Of a DNA stretch of 64,000 bases, positions 12,818 through 27,111 are shown in pieces. The stretch lies in contig CM022670.1 in the NCBI GenBank assembly GCA_012295275.1, forward strand, positions 930,001-994,000, read 5' to 3'. The DNA is from Chrysomallon squamiferum. Its lineage: Eukaryota > Animalia > Mollusca. Positions within the stretch are counted from its first letter, which is position 1. Every line of letters starts with the position of its first letter. The position numbers and the translations under genes are program-made. A model generated the notes under the pieces. It was given only the letters and a program-made list of their open reading frames with translations. It was not told where the DNA came from and did no database searches.

Positions 12818-15800
12818 ATGTCAAAGAAGTCAGAACATGAGAATGAAACTAAGATCAAGACAAAAGAAGAAGACATTTCACTGGAAGATGACAGTGAGAC
12901 ACTTACAAAAGATGTCCAAGAACTAAGCAACAACAGCTCCTCAGTCCAGGGTGACAGCAACATCAGCAACAGCAACATCAGTGACAGACATTCTGCAGTT
13001 CAGAACGAATCTTCATCATCCAGAACAGGAGAAGTGACACCTGAAACAAGAACTTCATGTGAGTATGAATGATAAAATGTATCTGTCATATTGTAAACAA
13101 ACAGCCTAAATACATTTTATATATAACAGGGTTTTTTTTATATTATTTAAATGTATTGGTCATGATGATAATAAATATTCTAATCTGATAAAGATACATG
13201 TTCTGTGTAATGTTTTATTTATTATTAAAGTGTACTTGTGATGGTAGTAAAAAATATTCAAAATTGATTAATATATTTTGTACATAATGTTTTTATTTAT
13301 TCTTAAAATGTTCCTATTATGGTAGATAATAAATATATTAATCAGATACTTTCTGTATAATGTTTTATTTATTAATAAATTGCACATATAATGATGTTAA
13401 TAAATATTCAAACCTGATAAATTTATAATTTTATGTAACTATTTATTTATCTATTTTTCTATGATGGTTGTAATAAATAGTCTAAACTTTTTTTTTTGAT
13501 AAAACATAATTTATTCTGCAGCTGTAATAAAAACTTAAATCATATTGTTTAAATATATTTATTTATTTCTTTTCCTAAAGTGGTGCATACTGAAACTGAT
13601 GTATATGATAATAATTAGTGTATTGATTCTGCATTGTATTGGCTTTTGTGTTGTATCCTTTTATGTCAAAATTTACTTTTACTTTTATTTTTATTTTGAT
13701 ATATACCCAGTTGTTTGAAACACAGATTTGAACTTTTAAGCAAATAAATATAAAAATAACAATAAAAATAAACAATAGTAAAAATGATAATAATAATAAC
13801 AGAAATATTAATAATAATAATTATTATTATTACTATTATTACTATTATTACTATTATTATTATGATTGTTGTTGTTATTATTATTACATCAACACTTCCA
13901 GTGCCTAAAAATGTCTCATGGATACATCAGAGCAAAACTGGAAATGTAGCCCCTAATTCTCTGACAAGGGCGTCAACCAAGATGAAGTCATTGAAAGAGT
14001 GGGGGTAAAGACATTTAAGTGTACAAAACAGGTGGTAGCAGAACGGATGGGCAAAGCTTCGAAAACCGTTGATCCACAGCTAGAACATGACATAGAGGTG
14101 TTACGAGAATCACAGAGACAGTATTCACAGCTGCTGCGAATCACTGAAGCTCTGAAGAATCACTTCTACTGTGTCGTCCAGACACAGAAGTTGCTAGGAG
14201 AATCATTCTCAGAACTGTCTGCAGTGACCCCCGACCTGCAAGAAGAATTCACAAAGGGAAGCCAGATGCAGACGACACTTGTTAAAAAGGGAGAAGCTCT
14301 GCTGGGTTGGTGTAGTTAACATTATACTGTGATCTGTTACTGAAATGTAGTCTGTTCTGAAGAAGTGTTACTGTCTCTCTGTTCATCTGTCTTTCTTTCT
14401 ATCTATTGAATAACCAGTTTATGTGTGTATGTCTGTCTATCTATTTACTTATACATGTAGGTTTTAATTATTTTTTTTTAACTTTTTAAGTAACTTTTTG
14501 TTCTTATTTTCTCATTCTCATTATTATTATTACTATTAATGTTTAGTTTTTCTTGTATATCTGGAGACTGTTTATATCATTAATAATCCAGAGTGATTGT
14601 AAGAGATGATATTGTTTTGTTTTGTCAGATTCTCTCAGCCTCTTCACCTCCACACTCAACACACTGTGCAACATGACCATGGATGACACACTACTTACAT
14701 ACAAACATTACGAAATGGCCAGGTAAAAATATTTATCTCATCATTCCTGAGACTTGAAATTCATTTAACTTGTATTAAAACAAGTTTTGCTCCTCAGATT
14801 TCAGTCAGCAGACAAATGTTAGAAATTTATGCTCTGTCCTGGAATAATGCATGAAAATAAAATTTTATATTTTTAAAGATATTGAGTGAGCCATACACTC
14901 CTATATCTTGTTATTTTGTTTGTTTCACTAGTTTGCTAATAGTAAAATATTATAAAATAAAAACAAAAAGTTCACTGTTAAATTTGCTGAAAATTCTTAC
15001 ACTTCCTTATAAATTTTTCCTCTTTGTGAATATATGTCTTTGCTTTTTTAACATTTAATTTCTTCTTTTATTTATGGCTATCTTTTTTTTAATTATTATT
15101 ATTTATTTTTTTTTTTAAGGCTGTCTTTACTTTCTTCTTTATCTTCTTTTGTTTCTGTCCATCTTTGCTTTCTTCTTTGTTATTATTTTTTTCCTTTATG
15201 GCTGTCTATGGTTTTGTCTATCTTCTTTTGTTTATGACTGTCTTAGTTTTCTTCTTTATCATCTTTTGTTTGTGGCTCCTTTTTCTTTCTTCTTTATATT
15301 TTGCTTGACTTTGATTTCTTCTTTATCTTCTTCTTCATTACAAAATATAATTATGACTGAGCAGTGATACTGGTTTGTTTTTAGACTTGAGTATGATGCA
15401 CATCCTCGTAGTGACGTGGATGAAATTATTCTCAGCAATCCAGCAGATTCGGAAACTCTGCAAAAAGTGGAAACGGCAAAGAAGAAATTTCAGGAACACA
15501 AACACAAATATGAAAGACTGAAAGCCGATGTGGCCATCAAGCTTGAACTGCTGCAAGATAACAAGGTTTGTACATTGCATTTGTGTAACAGAGATTTCTA
15601 GATTTCATTTTCAAGTCAGTGGGGGAAAAAAAGCAAAAACATTTTTAAATTGGTAAACACACCACATTTATTTTAACAACACTTAGTTTTTGCTAATTTC
15701 AAACATTTTGTATTTCTCACATGTTGTCACATTAATATGTTTTTCAATTAGAATTTCTTTTACATACATATTCCTGCAGACAGGATGCCAGTCTTTGATC

Positions 15801-16111
15801 AGTGAGGTAACACTAGCAGAAATAGAAATGAGCTAAGACTAGATTCATCAAACCATCATTGCCTCACATCACAATTCTAACCACTCAGCTATAGTTGATA
15901 ATTATTATTATTCTTCTTATTATTACTACTACTACTACTAGTACTACTACTACTATTACTACTAATTATTGTTTTGTTTCAGCTACAAGTGCTGCGTTCA
16001 CAACTACAAATGTTTCAGAAAGCCATTTCTGCCTACTACAACTTTGACAACAGAAACCCTTCACCAATGACTACAGCTACAGCCATAGATGCTAATGAAA
16101 ATGCATATTAA
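12818..16111 (+). CDS. ARFIP2: Arfaptin-like (AH/BAR domain) protein, divergent arfaptin-1/2 homolog; apparent -1 frameshift in G run at 14001-14005
   Basis: Exons 12818-13058, 13902-14305, 14629-14722, 15385-15565 and 15983-16111, all GT-AG with matching phases. Translation KEW-G-VKTFKCTKQVVAERMGKASKTVDPQLE..QTQKLLGESFSELS..LVKKGEALL DSLSLFTSTLNTLCNMTMDDTLLTYKHYEMAR LEYDA..KYERLKADVAIKLELLQDNK LQVLRSQLQMFQKAISAYY matches the arfaptin AH domain. Adding one G restores the frame. The symbol denotes the family; orthology is not established. Confidence 0.88.
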
Positions 16112-18345
16112 AGAACAAGAAGAAAAAACACACACAATCTTTATTTTTCTATGTTTCTAAGGTCACCTGTTTGTACATTTTAAGAACAAATGAACTCTAT
16201 AAAGTGAAATTTTTAACATGAACAAATACTTATTTTTATGAGTTCCTTGTATCAGATAAAGCAATGTATGAAATTTTATTAATTATATCGTATTTGTATT
16301 ATTTTATTTGTTAATAATAACAGATTTTTGAAATAATGATAACAAAATATGATTTCACAGATATATGTAAATTTTCAGACTACTGAAAAAAAAACAATGA
16401 CCCCAAAAAACATTTCAAAAGGAAAATGCAATTGATATCACATAATTTAACCCCAGATTATTGCAATTAAAATAATCTGTTAATGAGCATTTATATTTTA
16501 AAGTCCTGTATCCAGTTATCAATTAGAAATGACCAGTATTTTTATTGCCAAAATTTAGTTCAGTAATTTTGTGTGTGTGTTTATATACATGCTACCAGTT
16601 GTTATTGAATCAGACTGCTTAAACAAACAAGTAGCAATTTTGACAAATAACAACAGAAATACTTAAATTTTCATTTAATATGAATCTGATAATTATTTTC
16701 ACATATTTTACATGAAAAATAGATATATTTGTGTACATTATAGTCATCAAGTATTAAATGCACTAAGATAAGTTAATGAAACTACAATGGGGTTCATCTG
16801 CTGATATTTAAAATACATCACCATGTTAAATTTGTGTCATATGTTAATATTTGTATCACATGGTGCTGACAGCTGTTTTTCCACTGGATATCCACTTGTA
16901 TGTAAATGGGCTGGGGTGATAATGGTGTAATGTGTAACATGGAATTTATTTTTCACAATGTATTTTCTGATGATGATGAAAATAGTAATAACACTCATGA
17001 AACAGTCATAACATTAGTAATGGACAGTCATTACATTGAAAAATAAACTCACTGATATAATAAATATATTATATTAAGTTTAAAAATATAATCATCAGTA
17101 TAATATTAATGATAATAAATCTAACATCAAAAATTGATATCTGTAAAGTGTATATTTGATAGATAAACAAAAAAATAATTTCTGTTGTACCTTCATTACT
17201 GGTGACTTTTCTCCTCCCCTGTTTTCACTTCTGTGAAAGTATTTCTGGATGTGATATGATGAGGTTTTCATCAATTTTGTTCATTATTTCAAGTTCATAA
17301 ACTTCTCTCAAAGTGCAATTATACTATATTCATTTGATACAATGAATAATTGAAACATATTTTTTATGATATTTGTTGTTTAGAAAAATGAAAAGAAACT
17401 AGAAGCAGAATTGTTAGTTATGTTACTGTTTTTAATGTTTTGGGGAGCCAAAACGCATGTTAAGTTTTGTATCTTGATGTCTTATGATAGTTACTTTAAC
17501 TGAATGCCTTTTTCAGTTACAGCTGAAAAACATTCGATATTTAACAATGGGCAGGGAGAGATAATTATGTATTTATGTATTTTAGTATCTGCTAAGCTGA
17601 TATACCATTCCTATACCATTTTATAAACTTCTCTCAAAGTACTCGATAATATGAGTAATGGAATAATACTATTTTGTATGTTGCAATATGCAGAAATATC
17701 TGGCAAAGACATTTCATATTACTGCATCATCTCCCCTTTTCAAACCTTTTTATCTTTGTGTATTTATCTTTCCTTGCTTTACTTTTATCATTATTTCTCT
17801 TGTATTTCAATGTTGCATTTTATTTGTAATTATGTTTGGACATTCTGAAGAACAAGTGAATAGTGGATAAAAAACCCCAGATTTTATTCTTTATTTTTCT
17901 TTTGTTGCATACTTTTAGTGTTTGCTTTATGCCATTATTTAGATATTATGTAATTATGTAGATATCCTTTTTTTAATTTATATTATTTATTATTGGTTAA
18001 AATAATGTTGATTTATGAGCTATGGGTTGAGATACAGATTATAAATAAATAAATAAATAAAATAAACATATTAAAACACTGTCTGAATTGTCAGATATTT
18101 CAAAAGGTAACATTTTTTCTTTTTTCTTTTTTTTTTTTATACATTTTATTTTACGTAGACATTTAACTAAACTTCTGTTTGTCTGTTTGATCATGCAATT
18201 TTCAGCAGATGTTAGTTTGTGTAAGAGTTTTCAGTTAGAAATCAGATTATTTTTGTATAACTGTGAGGAAAGAAATTTCCCTATTTTTATTTATTTTTTT
18301 ATTTATTTATTTATTTATTTATTATATGTTCTAAAGATTAACCAG

Positions 18346-18482
18346 AATGTTGTGAAGTAAACACAGGTCTAACAGTATGGGCAGGGTTTAAAAATGTTGT
18401 GAAGTAAACACAGGTCTAACAGGTCTTAAAAATGTTGTGAAGTAAACAAGGTCAGTATGGGCAGGGTTTAAAAACACAGGTG
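18346..18482. repeat. Short tandem repeat, ~3 imperfect copies of a ~40-46-bp unit
   Basis: AATGTTGTGAAGTAAACACAGGTCTAACAG(TATGGGCAGGGTTTAAA) repeated. Confidence 0.85.
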
Positions 18483-19222
18483 TTGATTTAAAAATGCTTT
18501 TATCATTTGTTGATGCTTTTATCATTTGTTTTGCTGAAGTTCACCGAGCATCAGTAAAGCGTACAAATGTCGGTTACTCAAGCTTTTGGGCTTTTTTGTA
18601 CAAGTAAGCTGATACGCTGCATCTTTATAAATTGTTCTTGTTTTAATTGTCAATTTCATAATCATAATTAACAAACAGTATTTAAAAATAAAACTGATAT
18701 ATGTATGAATGTCTATGTATGTGTAGGTTTTTTCTTTTTTTTAAAGATGAGAATCAATTACATTCCAATGTCTACTGCAACATAAATAATTTGTTATAAT
18801 TATATGTGATTCCAAACAAGATAAAATGTGTGTATGTGTGTGTGTTTGTTATCTTTCTTTAATTTTCACACCTGACTCCGCCCTTTCTGTAAAACTTGCT
18901 AAACGTCTTATCAGTTGTATCTAGACAACGTAACCATTCCAAAACCGATAGGAATTTCACCCTGCAAGTGTTTTATCTTACTGATTTGTTAACTATGGAT
19001 TAGTACTGTAAAGCATATATATATATATATACTTTTATTGTTAAGAATTTATTTTGTGATTAATGGCAGGTTACAGGGTTTGCACTAGGGAGGTATTTAC
19101 GCTAGTGATTTAGAGGTGTGAATAAGAGAAAGAAAGAGAAATTATATCCTCTGAGGGAATAATCCAGTCACCCGTATCCTCCCTGGCTTGTATCAGTTTT
19201 GTATATGATTATATTAAGAAAG

Positions 19223-19259
<37 letters not shown>

Positions 19260-19723
19260 AAAAAATAAAGCTTGTCCCACATTTTAAGAATGTTGTTTGT
19301 TATAATATCATTACTTAATTTCAGATTAAAACGATTTACTGAAACTCGTTTAGGAATGAATATTTAATCATTTATTTAGATTTACTTTTCTTCATTTTGG
19401 TCTGTTTGGGTTTCTAAAAAGGAAGAAAGATGGTAAAAATTGGAGAAGGACTAGAAATTAATAAATGTGATTGTTGATATTCTTGAACAAATCTTAAGGA
19501 ATTTCTTTAGAAATACGTTTTGAAACGTCATGACGTATTTCTCAGTCCACGTAATCGTACGGTTTTCTTTTTCCTATGTTTTCACCTACTTTTTTTTTTT
19601 TTTTTTTTAATTATTATTTTTAATTTATTTGTTCCTTATTCTTAGTTGTAATTGTATCAGTTTCAAGACAGAAATCCTTTTTCAAATAAGATTATTAAAA
19701 CGCATTTGTTTAATTATTATTAA

Positions 19724-19778
<55 letters not shown>

Positions 19779-19939
19779 GTATAAAATATAAATTTTAAAA
19801 GAATACAAGTCTAATTTTTGCATAAGTCAGAATATTGACGTTTTCTATATAAATGTTATTGCATTGCAATTTAGTGAATTTAACGTTAATTAACTTCAAA
19901 ATAGACTGAATAGTTATTGTAGAAGATTAAAATTAAAGA

Positions 19940-20250
19940 AAGCCTCCAACAACTGCAGCGTCATCATCATGTGTGGCCTCCATCATTCTCACCATCACAC
20001 TGTATAAAGGTTGGTAGAATTCGGTCACAAACGTTTCCCTATGGAATGGTGTTGACGTTATCGAATACTTCATCTGTGTTACCCACCAGAACTACACACA
20101 AAGAAGTGAAAGCCTTTATCACGTTCTGGATTCAGCCAACAGCAGACATTCTGACAGATAGACAGCACGTGCATAGAGAAAATATATATCAGTACCGTTT
20201 TTTACTATTCTGATAAACCTTTAATCTGTGACCTACTGTTCCGTGTTTAT
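19940..20250 (+). mobile_element. Possible highly decayed pogo/Tigger (DDE_1) transposase fragment
   Basis: Across frames: IIMCGLHHSH..RLVEF..NGV..ILHLCYPP / VLPTRTTH..KPLSRSGF, reminiscent of DGHSSH..LCLPPHTTH-x-LQPLD. Heavily frameshifted. Confidence 0.3.
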
Positions 20251-21039
20251 CAGAAGAAACAAAAAAAAAAAAAAAAAAAAAAAAGAAGTAAAAACAACAA
20301 AAAAACATGAAGAAGCAAGCACTTTTTGTGAATAACTAAAAGATAAGATATTATAAAAAGAATCATCGAAAGCAAAGGTAGAAACTAATGAGGATCCGAA
20401 CTTTAACAAAAAAAATTAAAACATAAATGAACATAATAAAAGTATGTATTCAAATTTTATTTAATGATGAATGATGCACTTACCATTTAAAATTTACGGC
20501 ATTGTAGCTATGATTAAGGAGGATATAGTTTATGAAAAAGGAAACCCACTGGTGCCATGCCTACATGAACCCTTTAAATTAGCAGAAAAAAACTATTTTA
20601 TATGTACCTTCCAAGAGGCAGGAAAACTCATGCCATTAGATAAACTCACGGTGTTAGATAAATCAGACGTGATTCATTTTCTGAAGCAGATAATGCTGCA
20701 ATAACTGAGGAAATTAAAAGACTTAATAAAACAGATGTTAAATCTTACTGGAAATGGCGATTTCAACGAATATTTTTTCAACAAAATTATTATATTTAAA
20801 TAAATCTGTATCAGACCGTTTAATGATAAATATTATTCTTGCGTGATTATTTTAATTAGCAGTAGTATTTACTTCACATTTGTCACGAGAGTATTGGTGC
20901 CGTACAATATTTTCGTAACTTGAATTGTTGTAAAATTATCCCCGTCTTAAAGTAGCTGCACACGAGTGACATGAAAACACATTAGGAGCAAACATGACCT
21001 TAGAGGTTTTCTCATTAAATAAACTACAAGTAAATTAAT

Positions 21040-21800
21040 TTTACGACCGCAGGACCAATAGCAAAAACAAGTCATTAGTTTTGCATATCATTTTGGGCGA
21101 CCAGTCCACTGTTTCCATAGAAATGAAGTCGAACATGACAAGGGGCTGGACCAGTATTTCTACAGCAAAGGTAAAACGAAAGAATAACAGTCTGGTTGGT
21201 ACGGAGGAACGCAACAGACGGTGAGGGGTAAAAAAAAAACGTTTAACGACAGCTGCGTAAACGTGCTAAGTAACTGTTCTTTTTTATTAATTTGAGTAGG
21301 CTGCTGCAGGGTGGCGCAAAATGTTTGACCTGAATCACCCCCCTCCAGGTCACATCTGAATGCCGCCACTGAGTATGGCGCTAAAATCACAATAATGAAC
21401 TTCTGGTTATTATCGAGCTGATCGATAGGGTAAAAGAGGCACGTGATGATCGTCTGCTACTGGCGACAAGCTGACCTATAGACCGACCTGCACACAGAGT
21501 TCATGGCGAGTTCAAATCGGCTTTGTTTACCCTTCGATCATTACTGTGTTTATCCTTATAAGTTAATTTCTAGACTAGACAGAGTGGATTGTTAGTGGAC
21601 TGTTTTCACTTGACTTCTTTCCTACAGGCAAAGGCAGCATTCGTTTTTGTCAGAGGGTTTCTGAAGACAAATCGATAGGAGCCGAAGGAGAATACGGTTA
21701 CCGGCTTTACTCCAAACTATGTCAGACGACGACCTATTTACCATTTCTTTCAAGCCTTCTGATAGGCCAGGTGCCAGAAAAACACTTCCGGTACCGTGTT
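21040..21800 (+). promoter_or_regulatory. CpG-rich candidate distal/alternative promoter (possibly brat)
   Basis: Locally GC/CpG-rich. CCAAT (21055), CACGTG E-box (~21440), DR5 AGTTCA-n5-AGTTCA (21498-21514), ETS CACTTCCGG (21783-21791) and donor-like CG|GTACCG at 21791. Confidence 0.4.
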
Positions 21801-22299
21801 CGTTCATGTTTTCGATATTCGAATACTATTTTGGTCTATCTAGTGCTGTTTGTAAAAATAAAGATCGTCTTTCTTAAAATTTCTTTTAACTTTTCAGTAG
21901 TCTATTAACTTAGATAGACATTAAAAACTAAAACTAAAAAAAAAAAAAAAAAAAAAATCAGAAGATAAAAAGTAAATATATTTATAATGATAATAATAAG
22001 AAGAAGAAGAAGAAGAAGAAGAAGGAAAAAAAAAAAAAATATATATATATAATACATAAATATAAAATAAAGAGAAAGAAATATGTTTCATTAGCTAATA
22101 AACGTATACTTAAATCTGATGAAGTGAACATGATGTAAAACTGATACAGATTATAGCTGTTCTACAAGATAACGTACACACTTGTATTTAAACGTATGTA
22201 ACAGGAACAGCAAGTAGAAAAAAGGTTAAGAAGATATTAATAAACATTTAAAATTGTTTAACAGAAAACGACAAATTATTATGCAGAGAACTACATATG

Positions 22300-22363
<64 letters not shown>

Positions 22364-23620
22364 AATTGTAAACTGAAGTAAGTTTTTATAGATTTAACGT
22401 TTCAAAATATTTCATGAAAATAATAAACATGTATAATCATACAAAAGAAAGATAGAAATATATCCAGCTGAAAACATTTTAACACAACATATTTTTTAGA
22501 TACCTCAAATATATTTATATACTGAAAATAAGTGAGTAGTAATGTTATAACAAACTGCTTTGACCTCCTGATGAAATAAAATTTTAAAAATAAACAAATT
22601 TTAAAAAATGGATGAAAAACGTTTTTATATCCAATGGCTTTTTGTTTAATATCACATCTGATACAGATACACATGCTGACAGCATTTCTATATTGTTATC
22701 GAAAAAGATTTGTGTGAAAAAAAATCAGTTAACGTAGATAAATGACCATGGAGTTAAATATCTGATCGTTTTTCTCAGTAAGTCATTATAACAGTGTGTA
22801 GAACTGTCCAGAATATGTACAGCCTGTACACGTAATTGCTGGTATTTTGTGATTACTCATGTAGAAAGAAGTAAATATGTTTTTCAGTTCTTGGACGTAT
22901 ATTTATCTTTTTACTCTTTTTTCTTTTCTTTTCTTTTTTGGACAAAATTTTAATGGTAAAAAAATTGAGTTATTTTAAATCTTTCTTTCTCTCAGATTTA
23001 AAATAAAGTTTTAAGTGCTCGGTCACAGTCTTTTCACATCACAAATGTCCATCTGTCTGATCGGCTGGAGAGACAGCCCCTAGAGGACATTCAACTCGAC
23101 AGTACAAAAGTTCACTAACCCAGCAGCGACTTTAATATGGAGTCGTTAAATGAATTTTACCGTGTGTATGAACCAGGGAGAGATGCTGAAGAGGAGGAAG
23201 GCTGACAGACAGTCGGACAAGAGAAATGGAGTGATTGGATCCTTAACGATTTTTTATATCAGTGATTATTGGGTTTTTAGTATGATGATGATATGCGAAA
23301 GAAAATTGCTGCCGATATTCTCATCACCATTTTCGTCAATTAGCAAAAAGGAAACTTTTATTTGTACCTGCAACTAACTGCAACTAACATTCGATGGTAT
23401 GAATAACTGTGTGTGCGTGTGTGTGTAACATGTATATGTACAGTTAGCGTGAAACGTGTTGAATCGTGTTGACTGTTTTCAAGAATTGAAATCTGAACTT
23501 ACTTGAAATTTGAAACTTAAAACAGGTCTGGACATACACTGTACAAATACTGGTTGACGGTGGTCGTAAACAACCATGCAGTTACCTGATTCACGTCCCA
23601 ATTCACCATACTCGTACATG

Positions 23621-23694
<74 letters not shown>

Positions 23695-26414
23695 TCAAAC
23701 AGTATTTTATTTATTACTGGTGAGCATCCTCTGCTGATTATGTGCCAAACAGAAATCTTTAAAAATCTGTCGTAGACTAATAGATACGCCCTTTACGAAT
23801 GATTTATCTATTGTTTTGAAGGAAAACAACAAACAAGCAAGCTAAAAAAAAAAGTGAAATAAGTGATACTGATATAGTATGATACTAACAACAGTCTATC
23901 GCGTTTCTTTTTTTTTTTTTTTTTAGATAATATTATATTTTAATGTAATCGTAATGACCAGAAAATATGAATTTCTTTGTTCTTTTTCTTTTCTATTTTT
24001 CTTCCTTGAGTACAGTGAGTAGTGTGTCAACTCAAAATTTTATTAAAATATTGTAATACTGAAAATGATTCAGCTAGTTGATTTCTCGCAGTCATTGTTA
24101 AGATTAGTCGTATCATCTGAGAAACTACGACCTCGGCTTCAACCAAAAATACAAAAAATAAATAACTAAAAAGACGAAATATCCTGCTGAAAATGTTGTC
24201 AAACACCAACCGTTCTTCTCGAAAAGAGAACTTCCAAGTCTAATTAAAATAGCGACAAAAACCTCGCGAGATCTCCGCTTGAGCGAGGCCCCTTAGTGAG
24301 GTCTCGCACAACAGTTACAAAAATTCAAAGAGACAAATACAATATTACTTGCGCATCTCTCACCAGTTGCCTATCTGTATGACGTCGTTGCAGCAGTGAT
24401 ACCTGATTAATCTGTATGATATTTAAAATATTATACGATTAACCTGCATGATATTAAAATATTACACGACATGACGTCAGTAATACAGAAAGTGTGGTTG
24501 GTAAACAAAATTACATACTTTGATTGTTCATAAAGAAAAGAACAAAAAAAAAAAAAAAAGTAAATTACTATTTATTTAAACTGATTGTAACTTATCAGGA
24601 GCTTAACATATTCAATTTTCTCTTTTCTCTAAAGATAATGAAATTATTAATTTGCAGAGAAGAATTATGAATTTTCAAGAAACGTGTTTGTACTATCAAT
24701 AAAATTGCATGCATGTGTCTATGTATATGTATATTTTGTATTTGTAAGTATGCATGAATGAATGAGAGAGAGAATATCCAAAACCATGAAACGTATATAA
24801 CGTTTAGTTATTTCTTTTAAAAACAGCAATAACCGAGCTTAATTCTGCTGCGTGCAGCAAGTGAATTGCTTAACGTTTAAAAACGTGAGTGTCTAAATAC
24901 AAGCGTCTGTGTATTCCCTCCCATGGATTCTTGCTAGTTTGAACTCTTTTATGTGAACATAGTGCTATAATGCTGCATGGAACGATCCACGAAAACGTTT
25001 TAAGAGTTCGGTTATTCTCCATAATTCCCTATTATAACGAGTCAGATACAAAACAGACACACAGACACACACACACACAGACAGACAGACAGATAGACGG
25101 ACACTTCTTATTTATATATTATAATGATTCAGATACCAAATAACTGTATTGCACACCACACGCATGCATATACACATACACACACATACTCAACCACACA
25201 CATATTGATATACATAGGATGGTAAATGAATAAAGAGTACAATGCTAATATTTAATTATACAGTGAAAGGAAAAACATGCATAAGTACATATATACATAC
25301 CAATCATATGCGTGTAGAGTTGTTATTTTTAATACAGTTTAGTGATTATCATAAACCAGTTTTTCGTAATATAACAATTAGCGTTGTATAAACATGCATA
25401 CATGTTGATCCATCGATTTACGTGCAAATACATGCACACACTAACACATACATACATACGTAAATATATACATACTATATACATAGCACTGTATATATTT
25501 TTTATTATTATTTTAAATACTGACACCAATTAATGTTTACAAATACGTGATTGATTCTGTCACAGTGAGGTCACAGTTCCGTCAACAAAATGTCAGATCC
25601 AGTGAATCGCAGAAAAGAATGTTAGATCGATAATCGAAAGGTGACGTCACCGCAAGTCTTTCTAGTAAGTCGGTGATGTCACCATTTTGTTAAGATGATA
25701 TCACCAGCGGAATCGCGCCAAATATAGCAGATGAGATCAGCTTTTTCTTCCTTACATGTAAAAATAAAAATTAAAACATCATTCAAAAATGAAAAATAAT
25801 ATATTTATTACATTTTATTTTATTATTTATTTTTTTAAATTGAAAAATGGAAGAAAAATAGAGAAAAGAAAGGAAAAGAGAAAACAATAAAAATAAAAAA
25901 TAAAAAACACAAAAACAGAACAACAACAAACAAGTCGTTATTTAAATAAACAAACAAATAAATAAATAAATAAATAATAAAAAAATGCAATAAAATAAAA
26001 TCAGAAAACATATCATAAATAACGAAAGAAAGAAAAGACAAATAGAAGAAAATCTTAAATGAAAGCCAGAAATAAATGCACAAACTATTATAAAAAATTT
26101 CACAAATTTAAAATTTATAAATGATATTATTTAAACAGGGTTAATTGTGTACGAACATTTGTTTTCTGAGAATCTTTCTAAAATTTCTTCATCGGGAATT
26201 ATCATTATTAATACATCTTTTTATATTCCATGATTCATTATGACAAATATTTTGTTTTTTCTGCGTATTTCTTTCCAAGGTGTTAACACAATGACAATTA
26301 ACATTATTAACCATTGCCGTCATTCAAAAATGGCTTCTGTATTTTTCAGCCATTGCTGTTTCGATCAGCTACATTCATTATTATCGTAATTTAAAGTTTA
26401 TTGTTAATTTTTCT

Positions 26415-26447
<33 letters not shown>

Positions 26448-26819
26448 TTTTTTTCCCCCTATTTACTTTCTTTGACGCTAGAACCGGCAGATGTCGGAGA
26501 ATGAGTCACTAGCGTTGATGATGCATCGTGCACGTTAGCAACTACGGTTGATCATTCAAGTCACAATTCACCATTTTAGAAAAGGAAATTAATTTAACTT
26601 TCTTAATATGCGTACAAATCTTCTTTTTCACGGTTATGTTTATTGAATTGTATCTATAGTTATTTAATATATGCGTGTAAAAATCAAGCAGTAGCTGCCC
26701 ACAGATTATCTTCTTGGATATAATTATTTAATTTATTTGTAATTAGTCGTTTTATATGTACATGTGAAATAAATGTATTAAAATAATCCAGTACCTCTGA
26801 AGCAAACGGTCAGTAAGTA

Positions 26820-27111
26820 AACATGCGCGGATCGGTTGTAAGACATACGTCGACAAATATTTATTAGTGACGCTTCTAAAAGTACGCAATAATGAACCGA
26901 ATGTCCCCCCATAGCTAGCTTCAGCCTACTTCCGCGTCGAACAGGGAGCGCGAGCAGACAAACTGACCTCGTGAACTTTGCTAGGTGGCGCTGCTGAAAT
27001 AATTAGCACAGCTGAAATTCACAACCATACCGAGGTAGAACCTTTTGTCATGGCGGGACAGTAAAGGCGCACATGTCTTTAAAAGAAACTTTTGACGTAA
27101 CCCATGAAAAA
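26820..27111 (+). promoter_or_regulatory. Probable brat promoter and 5'UTR exon
   Basis: CpG-rich block with DR2 (26964-26977), CTCF-like TGCTAGGTGGCGCTG (26979-26993), YY1-like CATGGCGG (~27049) and a strong donor AA|GTAAGT at 27112. CpG depletion begins shortly downstream and persists through the intron to the brat acceptor at 46524. Confidence 0.55.
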
